NCBI RefSeq assembly: GCF_947581735.1
Contig: NZ_CANPVT010000002.1
Coordinates: 522,144 to 586,143, forward strand
DNA: 64,000 nt
DNA from: Candidatus Palauibacter soopunensis
GTDB lineage: Bacteria > Gemmatimonadota > Gemmatimonadetes > Palauibacterales > Palauibacteraceae
Reading direction: 5' to 3'
Positions 45,823-55,248 of the stretch are shown piece by piece; position 1 is the first letter of the stretch, and the number at the start of each line of letters is the position of its first letter. The translations under genes and the position numbers were made by a program. A model generated the notes under the pieces. It searched no databases. It had not been told where the DNA came from and saw only the letters and a program-made list of their open reading frames with translations.

Positions 45823-47274
45823 TCAGGGGTTCGTGGCTACGGGTTCGAACGCCTTGAGAACCTCCCGCGTCATATCCCAGCGGTCGAAGCCCTGCCGGCC
45901 GTAGTCGAGCCCGCGGCGGACGATGACGACGTCGTGCGACGGGACGATGACGACGAACTGGCCGCGGTTGCCGGCGGTGGAGTACGCGTCCTTCGGCACG
46001 TCGGTGCGGTCGTCGGGCACGAGCCAGAACTGGCCGCCGTAGAAGTTGCCGGTCTCGGATGTGGCGGGGGCCGGCGTCCGCACGAAGTCGATCCACTCCT
46101 CGGAGATCAGGCGCTCGTCCTTCCACATCCCGTTCTGTGCGTAGAGGAGCCCGAAGCGGGCCAGATCCCGCGCCGTCGTGTAGATCTGGCTGCTCATGAT
46201 GAAGTCGCCGAACCGGTCCGTGCTGAGGAACGTGTCCCGCATCCCGATCTTGTCGAGGAGGCGTTTCCGCGGGAACTCGAGGTAGGCCTGCGGGTCGCCG
46301 ATCACCTGCTTCATCGCGTACACGCCGAGCAGCGTGTCGTAGTTCTCGTAATCCCAGAACGTCCCGGGTTCCTGCATGAGCGAGCGGTTGCGGGCGCCGT
46401 GCACCGAGCTCTCCCCGGCCCAGTAGGAGAAGCCCGACCCGGTCGCGTACTCCATGCCCCAGCTGTCCACCGGATAGAGTCCGCTGGACATGTTGAGCAC
46501 GTGACGGAGGGTGATCTCCCGCCGGGGATCGTTCTCCGGAGAGCCCGCGTTCTCGGGCAGCCAGTCGAAGGGCAGGGGCTCGTCGAGCGCCAGCTTCCCC
46601 TCGTCGACGAGCATGCCGATCAGAGTCGAGGCGATGCTCTTCGCCGTCGACCAGGTGCGGGTCTTCGTGAACATGTCGATGCCGGGAGCGTAACGTTCGT
46701 GGATGATCTCACCGTCGTAGAGGACGATGAGACTGAGCGTCACCTGCTCCGGGGATTCGCGGTCGAAGGTCCAGTCGGACGCGGCTTCGAGGGCCACCGG
46801 ATCGACGCCGCGCGGGAGTGGGCGGCTCATGACGAGGTCGCCGTCCGGCCACGCCGCCCCGGCCGGATCGCCGGCCGGCGCGGGCATCGCCAGGATCGGC
46901 AGATCGTCGAGGTCGTCGAAGGTCTGGTCCGGCGACATGATCACGCACCCGATCCCTTCGCGGAACGCCGCTCTCATGGTCGGGGTCGCGCCGGGCTCGC
47001 CGATGGCGACCGTCTTCCTCTCCCAGTCGACGACGTAGTCTCCGCCGTCGGCCGTTCCGACGGGGTCCTGCAGGTAGGCGAGCTCCTGCTCGTAGACCTG
47101 CTCCAGCGTCCGGTCTCCCGTGAACAGGCCGTTGCACTGGAGGATGGCCTGGACGCCGCGCTGGATCATTTCCCGCTGCGGAGCGAAGTAATCGTAGGAC
47201 CGCTCCTGCTGGGCAGCGGCGGCTGCCGGTGCGAGGAGGGCGAGCGCGATGGCCGCGAACGTGAGGCGTTTCAT
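45823..47274 (-). CDS. exported serine hydrolase, beta-lactamase family (third copy in the window)
   Basis: About 483 aa from M50 of ORF 45823..47421 (MKRLTFAAIALALLAPAAAAAQ). SxxK as WSTAKS on a beta-lactamase fold. Confidence 0.8.
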   Translation of the reverse strand: MKRLTFAAIALALLAPAAAAAQQERSYDYFAPQREMIQRGVQAILQCNGLFTGDRTLEQVYEQELAYLQDPVGTADGGDYVVDWERKTVAIGEPGATPTMRAAFREGIGCVIMSPDQTFDDLDDLPILAMPAPAGDPAGAAWPDGDLVMSRPLPRGVDPVALEAASDWTFDRESPEQVTLSLIVLYDGEIIHERYAPGIDMFTKTRTWSTAKSIASTLIGMLVDEGKLALDEPLPFDWLPENAGSPENDPRREITLRHVLNMSSGLYPVDSWGMEYATGSGFSYWAGESSVHGARNRSLMQEPGTFWDYENYDTLLGVYAMKQVIGDPQAYLEFPRKRLLDKIGMRDTFLSTDRFGDFIMSSQIYTTARDLARFGLLYAQNGMWKDERLISEEWIDFVRTPAPATSETGNFYGGQFWLVPDDRTDVPKDAYSTAGNRGQFVVIVPSHDVVIVRRGLDYGRQGFDRWDMTREVLKAFEPVATNP

Positions 47275-47366
47275 GGCTTCCCCCGGAGTCCGGACGACAG
47301 GTTTCTGGAACCCTGTCAACATGCGGGACGCACGCGCTTCCGGCCACGGGTGCGAAGGTCGCGCCC

Positions 47367-48011
47367 GTGGCCGGGCGGGAATATCGTGTCTCCGTGATCG
47401 ACCAGATTCTCTACGGCTCAATTGCGCTCATCGCGCTCACGAACCCGCTCGCCGAGCTGCCCTTCTTCTTCGCGGCCACGGACGGGTCCTCGCGTGCGGA
47501 ACTGCGCCGCGCGGCGGTGAAGGTCGCCGTCGGGGTTCTCATCGTGCTTACCGTCGCCGCGGTCGCCGGGGCGCGCATCCTGAACCTCTTCGACGTGAGC
47601 TTCGCCGCGTTCCGGACGGCGGGCGGCCTCGTCGTCATCCTCGCCGCGCTCGAGATGCTCCGCGGCGCCGGGTTCGGGATCACGGGCGTGCGCCGGGATC
47701 CCGGCGAGACCGAGGACCACCTCTGGGTCCCGCTCGTCATGCCGCTGATTGCGGGACCGGCGTCGATCACGGCCGCGATCACGCTGGCGCTCGATGAGGC
47801 CGGCGCGTTGATCGGAATTCCCGTCGCCACGCTCATTGCGGTGTTCGTCGCGTCCGTGGGCGTGCTCGCGGTGCTGTTGGCGGCCAGCTTCCTCTCCCAC
47901 GCGCTGAGCCGCCGGGCGGTCCGGATCTTCGAGCGCTTCTCGGGCCTGATCCTGCTCGCCATCGGCTGCCAGATGTGCCTCAGCGGCGTTCGGGAGTTCT
48001 TCGCCGCCTGA
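47367..48011 (+). CDS. MarC-family (UPF0056) integral membrane protein
   Basis: 214 aa with six TM helices and MarC-like blocks. Alternative GTG start at 47394. Confidence 0.7.
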   Translation: MAGREYRVSVIDQILYGSIALIALTNPLAELPFFFAATDGSSRAELRRAAVKVAVGVLIVLTVAAVAGARILNLFDVSFAAFRTAGGLVVILAALEMLRGAGFGITGVRRDPGETEDHLWVPLVMPLIAGPASITAAITLALDEAGALIGIPVATLIAVFVASVGVLAVLLAASFLSHALSRRAVRIFERFSGLILLAIGCQMCLSGVREFFAA

Positions 48012-48045
48012 AGGAGTCGGCCGCCGGAGTCGGCGTCCGCGCCGG

Positions 48046-48585
48046 CTACCGGACCACGTCGACGGTGACGTTCTCGCCGAAGTGCGTGCCGATGTCCGAG
48101 AGGAACAGCGACGCGGTGGCGTGATGCCCCATGAGATAGCGGCTCACGAAGCGGAAGACCGGGCTGTAGACCTCGCCCTCCTCGGTGATCGTGACAGTCG
48201 CCCCCGCGGCGGCGGGTTCGATCTCGAAGATCCAGCGGCCGCCGAAGGGCATGCCTTCCGAGAGGATCGTCGTCACGAGCCGGGTCGGGGGTTCGCTCTC
48301 CGTCAACTCCATGGGGAGCGGTCCGGTGGCCCCGAGTTCCACCCAGGCCGGCTTCCCGTCCCGCGCCGGCAGCTCCTCGATTCCTTCCACGGACGGACGC
48401 CACTCCGGGTACGCGCGATAGTCCGCGACGGTCGCGAAGATCTCCTCGGGTGAGGCGGAGAACTCGGCGCGCACCGCCGCCACGTGATCCTCGGGCAAGG
48501 CACTCCCGACGCCGTAGACGACCCCGACCAGGCCCGCGATGACGATGAGCATGCCGATAATGATGCGCTTCAAGGTGCGATTCAT
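48046..48585 (-). CDS. membrane-anchored SRPBCC (polyketide cyclase/dehydrase-like) domain protein
   Basis: About 179 aa from M36 of ORF 48046..48690 (MNRTLKRIIIGMLIVIAGLV TM anchor). Start overlaps the upstream stop. Confidence 0.5.
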   Translation of the reverse strand: MNRTLKRIIIGMLIVIAGLVGVVYGVGSALPEDHVAAVRAEFSASPEEIFATVADYRAYPEWRPSVEGIEELPARDGKPAWVELGATGPLPMELTESEPPTRLVTTILSEGMPFGGRWIFEIEPAAAGATVTITEEGEVYSPVFRFVSRYLMGHHATASLFLSDIGTHFGENVTVDVVR

Positions 48586-49508
48586 GGGTGCGTTCCCCGT
48601 ATGGAGGGATGGTCGTCGCGCAGAATTGGCAGCGTGAGGCAGGTCGGTCCGCCCTCGCACGCGATGCAGAGCGCGTCCCCGTCGAAGCACGTGATGTCAC
48701 AGCCCGCGTCTCTCATCAGCCGGACGGTCTCCGGGAATCCGTCGAGGGCGATGCAGCGGCGCGGAGCCGTCGCGAGGACGTTGAGGTTCAGGCCGCCGGA
48801 GGCCCGGAACTCCTCGTCTCCCGCCTCAAGAAGCTGGATCCCGCGCTCCCGCATCAACTGGTGGAGGGCGACCGGAAAGAGCCGGGGGTAGATGAGTGCC
48901 AGGTCCCGGTCCAGCGGGCTTACCAGCGAGAGGAGGTGAAGACAGGCGGCGCTGCCGTTCCACATCGGGAGATCGAAAGCCCGGACTTCGATTCCGAGCG
49001 GGGCTACAATGGCCTGAAGCTGGTCGATGCCCGCCTGGTTGGTGCGGAAGCCGCGTCCTGCCGCGAGCGTACTCTCGTCCACCCACATCAGATCCCCGCC
49101 TTCCGCGAGCCCCGGGGCCTCGATGGCGCCTATGACCGGCACGCCGAGACGCCGGTAGAGCCCCTCGTGGCTCGCCACTTCGGGCTGCCGCAGTTCCTTG
49201 CCGGGCCGCAGGAGGATCGCGCCGCCGGGCGTCATGAAGGAGGGGTCGAACGGGAACATCGCGTCGGCGAGCCCGTCGTCGGCCGGGCCGCCGATCCACT
49301 CGATCTCGGCCCCTGAGGCCGCGACGCGCTCGGTGAACGCATCGTACTGGCGGAGCAGCCGGTCGGGCTCGATCGGCCCCGCGTAGTGCCAGCGCCCCGG
49401 ATCCGCCTCCAGCGTCGCCCGGCCCGGCCGGCGCATCGCCACGCGCCGAAGCGGCGCCGCCATGCCGGAGACGCCGAACTTCACCTCGGTTTGCAGCCGC
49501 CCGTTCAT
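48582..49508 (-). CDS. amidinotransferase-superfamily protein (dimethylarginine dimethylaminohydrolase / arginine deiminase-like)
   Basis: About 308 aa from M31 of ORF 48582..49598. C-terminal catalytic Cys region (ALCIACEGGPTC) and pentein-fold blocks. Confidence 0.65.
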   Translation of the reverse strand: MNGRLQTEVKFGVSGMAAPLRRVAMRRPGRATLEADPGRWHYAGPIEPDRLLRQYDAFTERVAASGAEIEWIGGPADDGLADAMFPFDPSFMTPGGAILLRPGKELRQPEVASHEGLYRRLGVPVIGAIEAPGLAEGGDLMWVDESTLAAGRGFRTNQAGIDQLQAIVAPLGIEVRAFDLPMWNGSAACLHLLSLVSPLDRDLALIYPRLFPVALHQLMRERGIQLLEAGDEEFRASGGLNLNVLATAPRRCIALDGFPETVRLMRDAGCDITCFDGDALCIACEGGPTCLTLPILRDDHPSIRGTHP

Positions 49509-49612
49509 CTGGCTGAAGCTACGTGGGCACCCGTACCTTCGCTGGCCGCCGCGGCGCAGGGATCGTCGGTCCCGGCGCGCCGGCCCATACCGCAGCAAGA
49601 GGGTTCCCGAGC

Positions 49613-50143
49613 TTGAACCGAGATCGATTTCACGGTGCCTCGACGTTCTCCGCCTACCTGGAGACGGTCGAGAAGAACCGCGAGTTCTGGCACGCGCTGG
49701 CGCGCCGCGCGGCGGTGGACGAGAAGACCCGGCAACGCGCCCGCGCCATCCCCGGCCGGTGGAACGTCATCGCGCTCACCGAGGACTGGTGCGGAGACGC
49801 GATCAACACCCTCCCCGTGTTCGATCGCCTCGCGGAGGTCGCCGCGAACATCGAACTGCGCGTCCTCCTTCGGGACGAGAACCCGGACCTGATGGACGCC
49901 CATCTGACGAACGGCACGAGCCGGTCCATTCCGGTCCTCATCATCTACGACGAGGCGTTCCGCGAGCGTGGGTGGTGGGGTCCCCGGCCGGCCCCGATCC
50001 AGGAGTGGGTGCTGACGGAGGGGATGAAGCTGGACCCGGAGGACCGGTATCGTGAGGTTCGCCGTTACTACGCGCGGGACAAGGGCCGCACCGCGCTGGA
50101 CGAATTCCTCCGGATTCTCGAGCGCGCGGCCGCCGGCGACTGA
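49613..50143 (+). CDS. thioredoxin-fold family protein
   Basis: TTG start after aagaggg (residue 31 of ORF 49523..50143). CxxD-type motif DWCGDAIN in a thioredoxin_9-like context. Confidence 0.55.
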   Translation: MNRDRFHGASTFSAYLETVEKNREFWHALARRAAVDEKTRQRARAIPGRWNVIALTEDWCGDAINTLPVFDRLAEVAANIELRVLLRDENPDLMDAHLTNGTSRSIPVLIIYDEAFRERGWWGPRPAPIQEWVLTEGMKLDPEDRYREVRRYYARDKGRTALDEFLRILERAAAGD

Positions 50144-50150
50144 GCGGGAA

Positions 50151-51518
50151 TCAGCCGCCACCGACCGGCCCATCCGCCTCGCCTCTTCCGCCGCCCACGG
50201 CCCGCATCACGACAAACACCGGGACGCCCGCCACCAGGAGGAGGAAACCCCAGAACACGATTTCGGGGCCCGCCCCCGCGATGGCCCAGAAGGAAAACCC
50301 GAAGGCGAGGACGGCCACGACCAGCCGCCCCACGGAAGGTGCCGAGCCGGGGGGCTGCGCCGCCCCCGAGGCGCCCCTCGCGGCGACGCGCTCGCGCACG
50401 GCGAAGAGCAGTCCCGTCGTGCTCGCGAACACATAGGCGAGCAGCGTCGCGAGCGTGGAGAGCAGGATGAGGAACGTAAAGGCCTGGACGAGGCCGCGGG
50501 TGTAGTTCATCGCGATGAGGATCGTCGCGACGCCCGCCGCGAAGATGAGCCCGAAGGACGGCGTGCCGCGCGGACTGAGCCGCGCAAAGGCGGCGGGAAG
50601 GAGGCCATCCTGCGCAGCGGCCCGCGGGAGCTGCCCGGAGAGCAGGATCCAGCCGTTGAGCGCGCCGAAACAGGCGATCGTGGCGCCCGCGCCAATCACG
50701 AGCCGGCCGGCATTCCCCCAGATCGATCCGGCCGCGTCCGCGAAGGGCGCGGTGGAAACGGCGAGATCCGCCGGTGCGATGATCCCCATCACGGCGGACG
50801 TGCTGATGATGAAGATCAATGCCGCGATCACGGTGCCGAGGATCGTGGCCCGCGGGATCGTGCGCGCCGGGTCACGAACGTCGGCGGCGGGGACGGTCGC
50901 GGCCTCGAGTCCCATGAAGGCCCACAGCGTAAGCGTCACGGTCGCCGTGACGGCAGCGACGGGACTGCCCCCCGCGGGATTGAACGGCCGAAAATGCTCG
51001 GGCTGGAAGTAGAGGAAGCCGATCGTGCCGATCGCCGCCAGCGGCAGGAGCTTGAGCACGGTTGTCACGAGTTGCACGTGTCCCGCCGCGCGCACGCCCC
51101 ACGCGTTCACGAACGTCAGACCCCAGAGGGCGACGAGGGATGCAATGCCGCCGGCGATGGGAGAAGCGCCCAGCATGGGCCAGAAGACGGTGGCATAGCT
51201 CACGGTCGCCACCGCGAGCGCCGCATTGGCCGTGAGCAGCGAGATCCAGTAGGACCACGCGACCCAGAATCCGATGAAGTCGCCGAAGCCCTCGCGTGCG
51301 AAGGCATACGGGCCGCCGACCTTCGGAATCAACGCGCCCAGTCGCGCCATCACGAGCGCCAGGCACATGGCTCCGCCCGCGCTCACCAGCCAGCCGAGGA
51401 TGCTGATCCCCCCGTAGGGAGAGAGCGAGGCGGGCAGCAGAAAGACGCCCGAGCCCACCATGCTCCCGACGACGAGGGCCGTGCACATCCACAACCCCAG
51501 GGCGGGTCTGGGCGTCAT
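50151..51518 (-). CDS. APC-family amino acid/polyamine permease (AdiC/PotE-like antiporter)
   Basis: About 455 aa from M97 of ORF 50151..51806 (MTPRPALGLWMCTALVVGSMVGSGVFLLP, the APC consensus N-terminus). Confidence 0.8.
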   Translation of the reverse strand: MTPRPALGLWMCTALVVGSMVGSGVFLLPASLSPYGGISILGWLVSAGGAMCLALVMARLGALIPKVGGPYAFAREGFGDFIGFWVAWSYWISLLTANAALAVATVSYATVFWPMLGASPIAGGIASLVALWGLTFVNAWGVRAAGHVQLVTTVLKLLPLAAIGTIGFLYFQPEHFRPFNPAGGSPVAAVTATVTLTLWAFMGLEAATVPAADVRDPARTIPRATILGTVIAALIFIISTSAVMGIIAPADLAVSTAPFADAAGSIWGNAGRLVIGAGATIACFGALNGWILLSGQLPRAAAQDGLLPAAFARLSPRGTPSFGLIFAAGVATILIAMNYTRGLVQAFTFLILLSTLATLLAYVFASTTGLLFAVRERVAARGASGAAQPPGSAPSVGRLVVAVLAFGFSFWAIAGAGPEIVFWGFLLLVAGVPVFVVMRAVGGGRGEADGPVGGG

Positions 51519-51550
51519 CCGCCGCTCCTGGCGGTAGCCGGCCGCTGCTG

Positions 51551-52696
51551 CTAGCGGTTGCCCCGATAGCTGCGGACGGGCGGCAGCCGGGCGCCGGTTC
51601 CGCCGGGCGGCTCCGTCTCGGCCACCACCTCGAGGGTCAGCGTGCCGATGCCGTCGATCGCAGCGCTGACGACCTCGCCGGGCTGCAGGAATCGCGTCTC
51701 GCCGCGAACCGCGGTGCCCATGCCGACCCCGCCCGAGGTGCCGTTGTTGACCACATCCCCGGGGAACAGCGTCGCGACCGAGGACCCATACTCGATCAGT
51801 TCCCACAGGGTGTGGATCATGTCTCCGGCGGTCGCCTCCTGCATGCGCTCCTCGCCGACGTCCAGCGTCTGGCGCAGCTTCTCCATCGGGTCGCCGTAGA
51901 ACTCCTTGGGGACGATCCAGGGGCCCATGGGCGCGAACGTGTCGTGCCCCTTCCCGACGAACCAGTCGGAGGTCATGGGGTTGCCGCCGGGCGGCCGCCC
52001 TCCGCGGTCGGAGACGTCGATCGTCACCGTGTACCCGAACACATGGTCCTGGGCGTCGCGGGCGTCGACGTACTTGGCGCTGCGCCCGATCACGGCGCCG
52101 AGTTCCACCTCCCAGTCCGTGCGGTCCCGGCCGAAGGGGATCACGATCTGGTCGTCAGCGCCGATCACCGCGCCGCGCGTCGGCTTGAGGAAGAGATAGG
52201 GCACGCCGCGGTTCTCACGCCGCTGCCGGCGGGCTTCGCGCCGCTCCTCCTCGGTGCCCGCCTCGTTGACGTGGCTGTAGAAGTTGACCGCCGCGTTCAG
52301 GATCTTTCCGGGGTACATGATGGGCGGGAGGACCCGCACGTCCTCGAGGTCATGGACGAAGTCGGCTCTGCCACGCCCCGACAGCCCGCCCCGGGCCACG
52401 AGGTCGTTGACGATCTCGTACAGTCGGAGTCGTATCCCGTACTCGTAGCGGCCGATGAGGTCGATCATGTCGGCCGGCGGCGGGACGGGTGGATAGGCGG
52501 GGTTTCGCTCGAGGTCCCGGTTCGCCTCCTCGATGTCGACGATGAGCGCGTCCCGCAGCACGAGGGCGACGCGCGGAACGCCGTCGATCTCGAATGTCCC
52601 TACCTTGAAGGGCTCCGCGATCTCGATCTCCGGCCCTCCCTGGGCCGACAGCGGAATGGAGAAAGCCAGGGCCGCGGCCGCGAGGAGCGCCCTCAT
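51551..52696 (-). CDS. fumarylacetoacetate hydrolase (FAH) family protein, secreted (tandem paralog A)
   Basis: About 381 aa from M82 of ORF 51551..52939 (MRALLAAAALAFSIPLSAQG signal). FAH fold blocks (GKGHDTFAPMGPWIV, DMIHTLWELIEY). ATG overlaps the paralog B stop. Confidence 0.8.
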   Translation of the reverse strand: MRALLAAAALAFSIPLSAQGGPEIEIAEPFKVGTFEIDGVPRVALVLRDALIVDIEEANRDLERNPAYPPVPPPADMIDLIGRYEYGIRLRLYEIVNDLVARGGLSGRGRADFVHDLEDVRVLPPIMYPGKILNAAVNFYSHVNEAGTEEERREARRQRRENRGVPYLFLKPTRGAVIGADDQIVIPFGRDRTDWEVELGAVIGRSAKYVDARDAQDHVFGYTVTIDVSDRGGRPPGGNPMTSDWFVGKGHDTFAPMGPWIVPKEFYGDPMEKLRQTLDVGEERMQEATAGDMIHTLWELIEYGSSVATLFPGDVVNNGTSGGVGMGTAVRGETRFLQPGEVVSAAIDGIGTLTLEVVAETEPPGGTGARLPPVRSYRGNR

Positions 52697-53868
52697 GAGC
52701 CTGGATCCCGCCTGTAGGTGCTCACGGGCGGCAGCCGGACGCCCATCTCGCCGAGAGGCTCGGGCCCCTCCACCACCGGAAGTTCGATCGTGCCGATCCC
52801 GTCGATCGTGGCCGTGACGACGTCGCCCGGCTGCAGGAATCGCGCCTCGCCCATGCCGACGCCGCCGGAGGTGCCGAGGTTGATCACATCGCCGGGGAAC
52901 AGCGTCAGGATCGACGAAGCGTATTCGATCAACTCCCACAGCGAGTGGATCATGTCGCCCGCCGTCGCCTCCTGCATGCGTTCGCCGCCGACATCCAGCG
53001 TCTGGCGCAGCTGCTCCATCGGGTCCCCGTAGAACTCCTTGGGGACGATCCAGGGGCCCATGGGCGCGAACGTGTCGTGCCCCTTCTCGACCAGCCAGTC
53101 CGAAGTCGTGGGGTTGCCGCCCGGAGGACGCCCGCCGCGGTCGGACACGTCGATCGTCACCGTGTACCCGAATACGGTCGCCTGGGCATCTTCGGAGGCG
53201 ACGTACTTTGCCGCCCGCCCCATGACGACGCCCAGCTCCACCTCCCAGTCGGTCTGGCTCCGGCCGTGCGGAATCACGATCCGCTCGCTGGTCCCGACCA
53301 CGGCGCCGCGCGACGGCTTGAGGTAGAGGTAGGGCACGCCCCGGTTCTCGCGGCGCTGGCGGACCGCTTCCTCTCTGTCGCCTTCGGCCGCATCCGCGGC
53401 AACGCGGCTGTAGAAGTTGCTCGCCGCGTTCAGGATCTTGCCCGGATACATGATGGGCGGGAGGACCCGGACGTCATCGACATCATAGACATAGTCCGCG
53501 CGAGTGGGGCCGGAGAGCCGCTGATAGGCCACCGTCTCGTTGACGATCTCGTACAGGCGCCGCTGGAGGCCGTACTCGTAGCGGCCGATGAGGTCGAGCA
53601 TTTCCGTCGGGGCCGGCACTCTCGGATAGGCGCGGTTCCGCTCGAGGACTTCGTTGGCGAGTTCGATGTCGACGATGAAGGCGTCACGCAGCACGAGCCC
53701 GACGCGCGGCACGTCTCTGATCGCGAACGTCCCCACCTTGAACGGTTCCACGAGGACGATGCCCGCGACATCCTGGGCGGCAAGAGAGACTGCGGAGAAG
53801 AGGACCGCGATCACTCCGAGCGGAAGGGCCCGTCCGGTCGAAGTTCGTTTGAGCAGTGCTGTTCTCAT
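52693..53868 (-). CDS. fumarylacetoacetate hydrolase (FAH) family protein, secreted (tandem paralog B)
   Basis: 391 aa with signal MRTALLKRTSTGRALPLGVIAVLFSAVSLAAQ. Roughly 80% identical to paralog A over long stretches. Confidence 0.8.
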   Translation of the reverse strand: MRTALLKRTSTGRALPLGVIAVLFSAVSLAAQDVAGIVLVEPFKVGTFAIRDVPRVGLVLRDAFIVDIELANEVLERNRAYPRVPAPTEMLDLIGRYEYGLQRRLYEIVNETVAYQRLSGPTRADYVYDVDDVRVLPPIMYPGKILNAASNFYSRVAADAAEGDREEAVRQRRENRGVPYLYLKPSRGAVVGTSERIVIPHGRSQTDWEVELGVVMGRAAKYVASEDAQATVFGYTVTIDVSDRGGRPPGGNPTTSDWLVEKGHDTFAPMGPWIVPKEFYGDPMEQLRQTLDVGGERMQEATAGDMIHSLWELIEYASSILTLFPGDVINLGTSGGVGMGEARFLQPGDVVTATIDGIGTIELPVVEGPEPLGEMGVRLPPVSTYRRDPGS

Positions 53869-53899
53869 GGGTCTTTCCTCTCGGTTGGGGACGGGGGGT

Positions 53900-55096
53900 T
53901 CAAGGCACCAGCCCGTCCAGTTCTTCGATCGTGGCCATTGAGGGATCGCGTTCGGCCTGGAGCCGGCGCGCGGTCGCTTCGGTGGCGCGCATGACGCGAA
54001 GCAGGTTGTCGGCCGCGAGGGCCCGAAGTTCGGATTCGGTCCACCCGCGGCGCGAGAGTTCAGCGAACAGGGCGGGGTACGTCGACACGTCCTCCAGCCC
54101 GACGGGGCCCCGGTCGATGCCGTCGAAGTCGCCCCCGATCGCGACGTGGTCGATGCCCGCCACGTCGCGGATGTGCTCGATATGCGCCACGACGTCGGCC
54201 ATCGTGGCGCGCGGGCGCCCCTCCGATGGGCCGAAGTAGTTGGCGACCTCCTGGTTCACAAAGGATTCGACGAACGTGACCATGACCACGCCGCCGTTCT
54301 CCGGCAGCCGGCGCAACACATCGTCCGGCACGTTGCGCGGGTGGTCCGTCACGGCCCTGGCGGAGGAGTGCGAGAAGATGACCGGCGCCTCGGTTACGTC
54401 GAGCGCATCGTGCATGCTTCCCGGCGACACGTGCGAGATGTCGACCAGCATGCCCAGCCAGTTCATCTCGCGCACGACTTCCTCGCCGAAGGCGGAGAGT
54501 CCTCCGAGTTCGGGCAGTTCGCAGCAGGAGTCGGCCCAGGGGAGGTTCGCGCTGTGCGTGAGCGTCATATAGCGGACGCCGAGCGCGTAGAACGCCCGCA
54601 GGGCGCCGAGCGAGTTCTCGATCGCGTGGCCTCCCTCCATGCCGAGCATCGAGGCGACCTTGCCGCGGTGGAACTGGTCCATCACATCCGCGGAGGTGAG
54701 TGCGAGCCCCAGGTCCTCGCGGTGATCGGAGATGATCTGGAGCGCGATGTCGATCTGCTCCAGTTGCATGCGCGCGCCGCCGCCGTCCTCCATGACCGAG
54801 GCGGGGACGTAGACGGACCAGAACTGGGCCCCGACGCCGCCGGCCCGAAGGCGGGCGAGATCGGTGTGTCCCGGCGTGGGGCGGGAGATGTCGTAGGCCC
54901 GGACGTCGCGCGGTGCGTCCGCGTTCCGGATCGCCCAGGGGAGATCGTTGTGTCCATCGAACAGGGGCACGCTCGACAACACGCGTTTGGCGATCTCGAA
55001 GTGTTCGTCCTGCGCGCGCGCATTCGCGGCCGCGAGTCCCAGAACGAGCGTGGACAGAACCGCCATCGCCGGCGTCCGGGTGATAATTCGCATCAT
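53900..55096 (-). CDS. membrane dipeptidase (peptidase M19, renal dipeptidase-like), exported
   Basis: 398 aa with signal peptide. M19 blocks including the DGHNDLPW zinc-ligand motif. Confidence 0.85.
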   Translation of the reverse strand: MMRIITRTPAMAVLSTLVLGLAAANARAQDEHFEIAKRVLSSVPLFDGHNDLPWAIRNADAPRDVRAYDISRPTPGHTDLARLRAGGVGAQFWSVYVPASVMEDGGGARMQLEQIDIALQIISDHREDLGLALTSADVMDQFHRGKVASMLGMEGGHAIENSLGALRAFYALGVRYMTLTHSANLPWADSCCELPELGGLSAFGEEVVREMNWLGMLVDISHVSPGSMHDALDVTEAPVIFSHSSARAVTDHPRNVPDDVLRRLPENGGVVMVTFVESFVNQEVANYFGPSEGRPRATMADVVAHIEHIRDVAGIDHVAIGGDFDGIDRGPVGLEDVSTYPALFAELSRRGWTESELRALAADNLLRVMRATEATARRLQAERDPSMATIEELDGLVP

Positions 55097-55248
55097 ATTG
55101 CACCGACTCCCGTCGACAAACGCAGTAGCCTAATGACCACAATGGATTCTCGCTTGGCGGACGGCGCGCCGCCAGCCATGCCGCGTCCCGGGCGGCGTCC
55201 CGGCGAGAGGCAGGTGCGGACGCCCTTCCCGCACGGGTATCTTCCCGC

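Larger units (their letters stand above)
51551..53868 (-). repeat. tandem gene duplication (two about 1.15 kb FAH-family units)
   Basis: Long near-identical nucleotide runs between 51900-52100 and 53040-53240, for example ggggcccatgggcgcgaacgtgtcgtgcccctt in both units. Confidence 0.7.
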
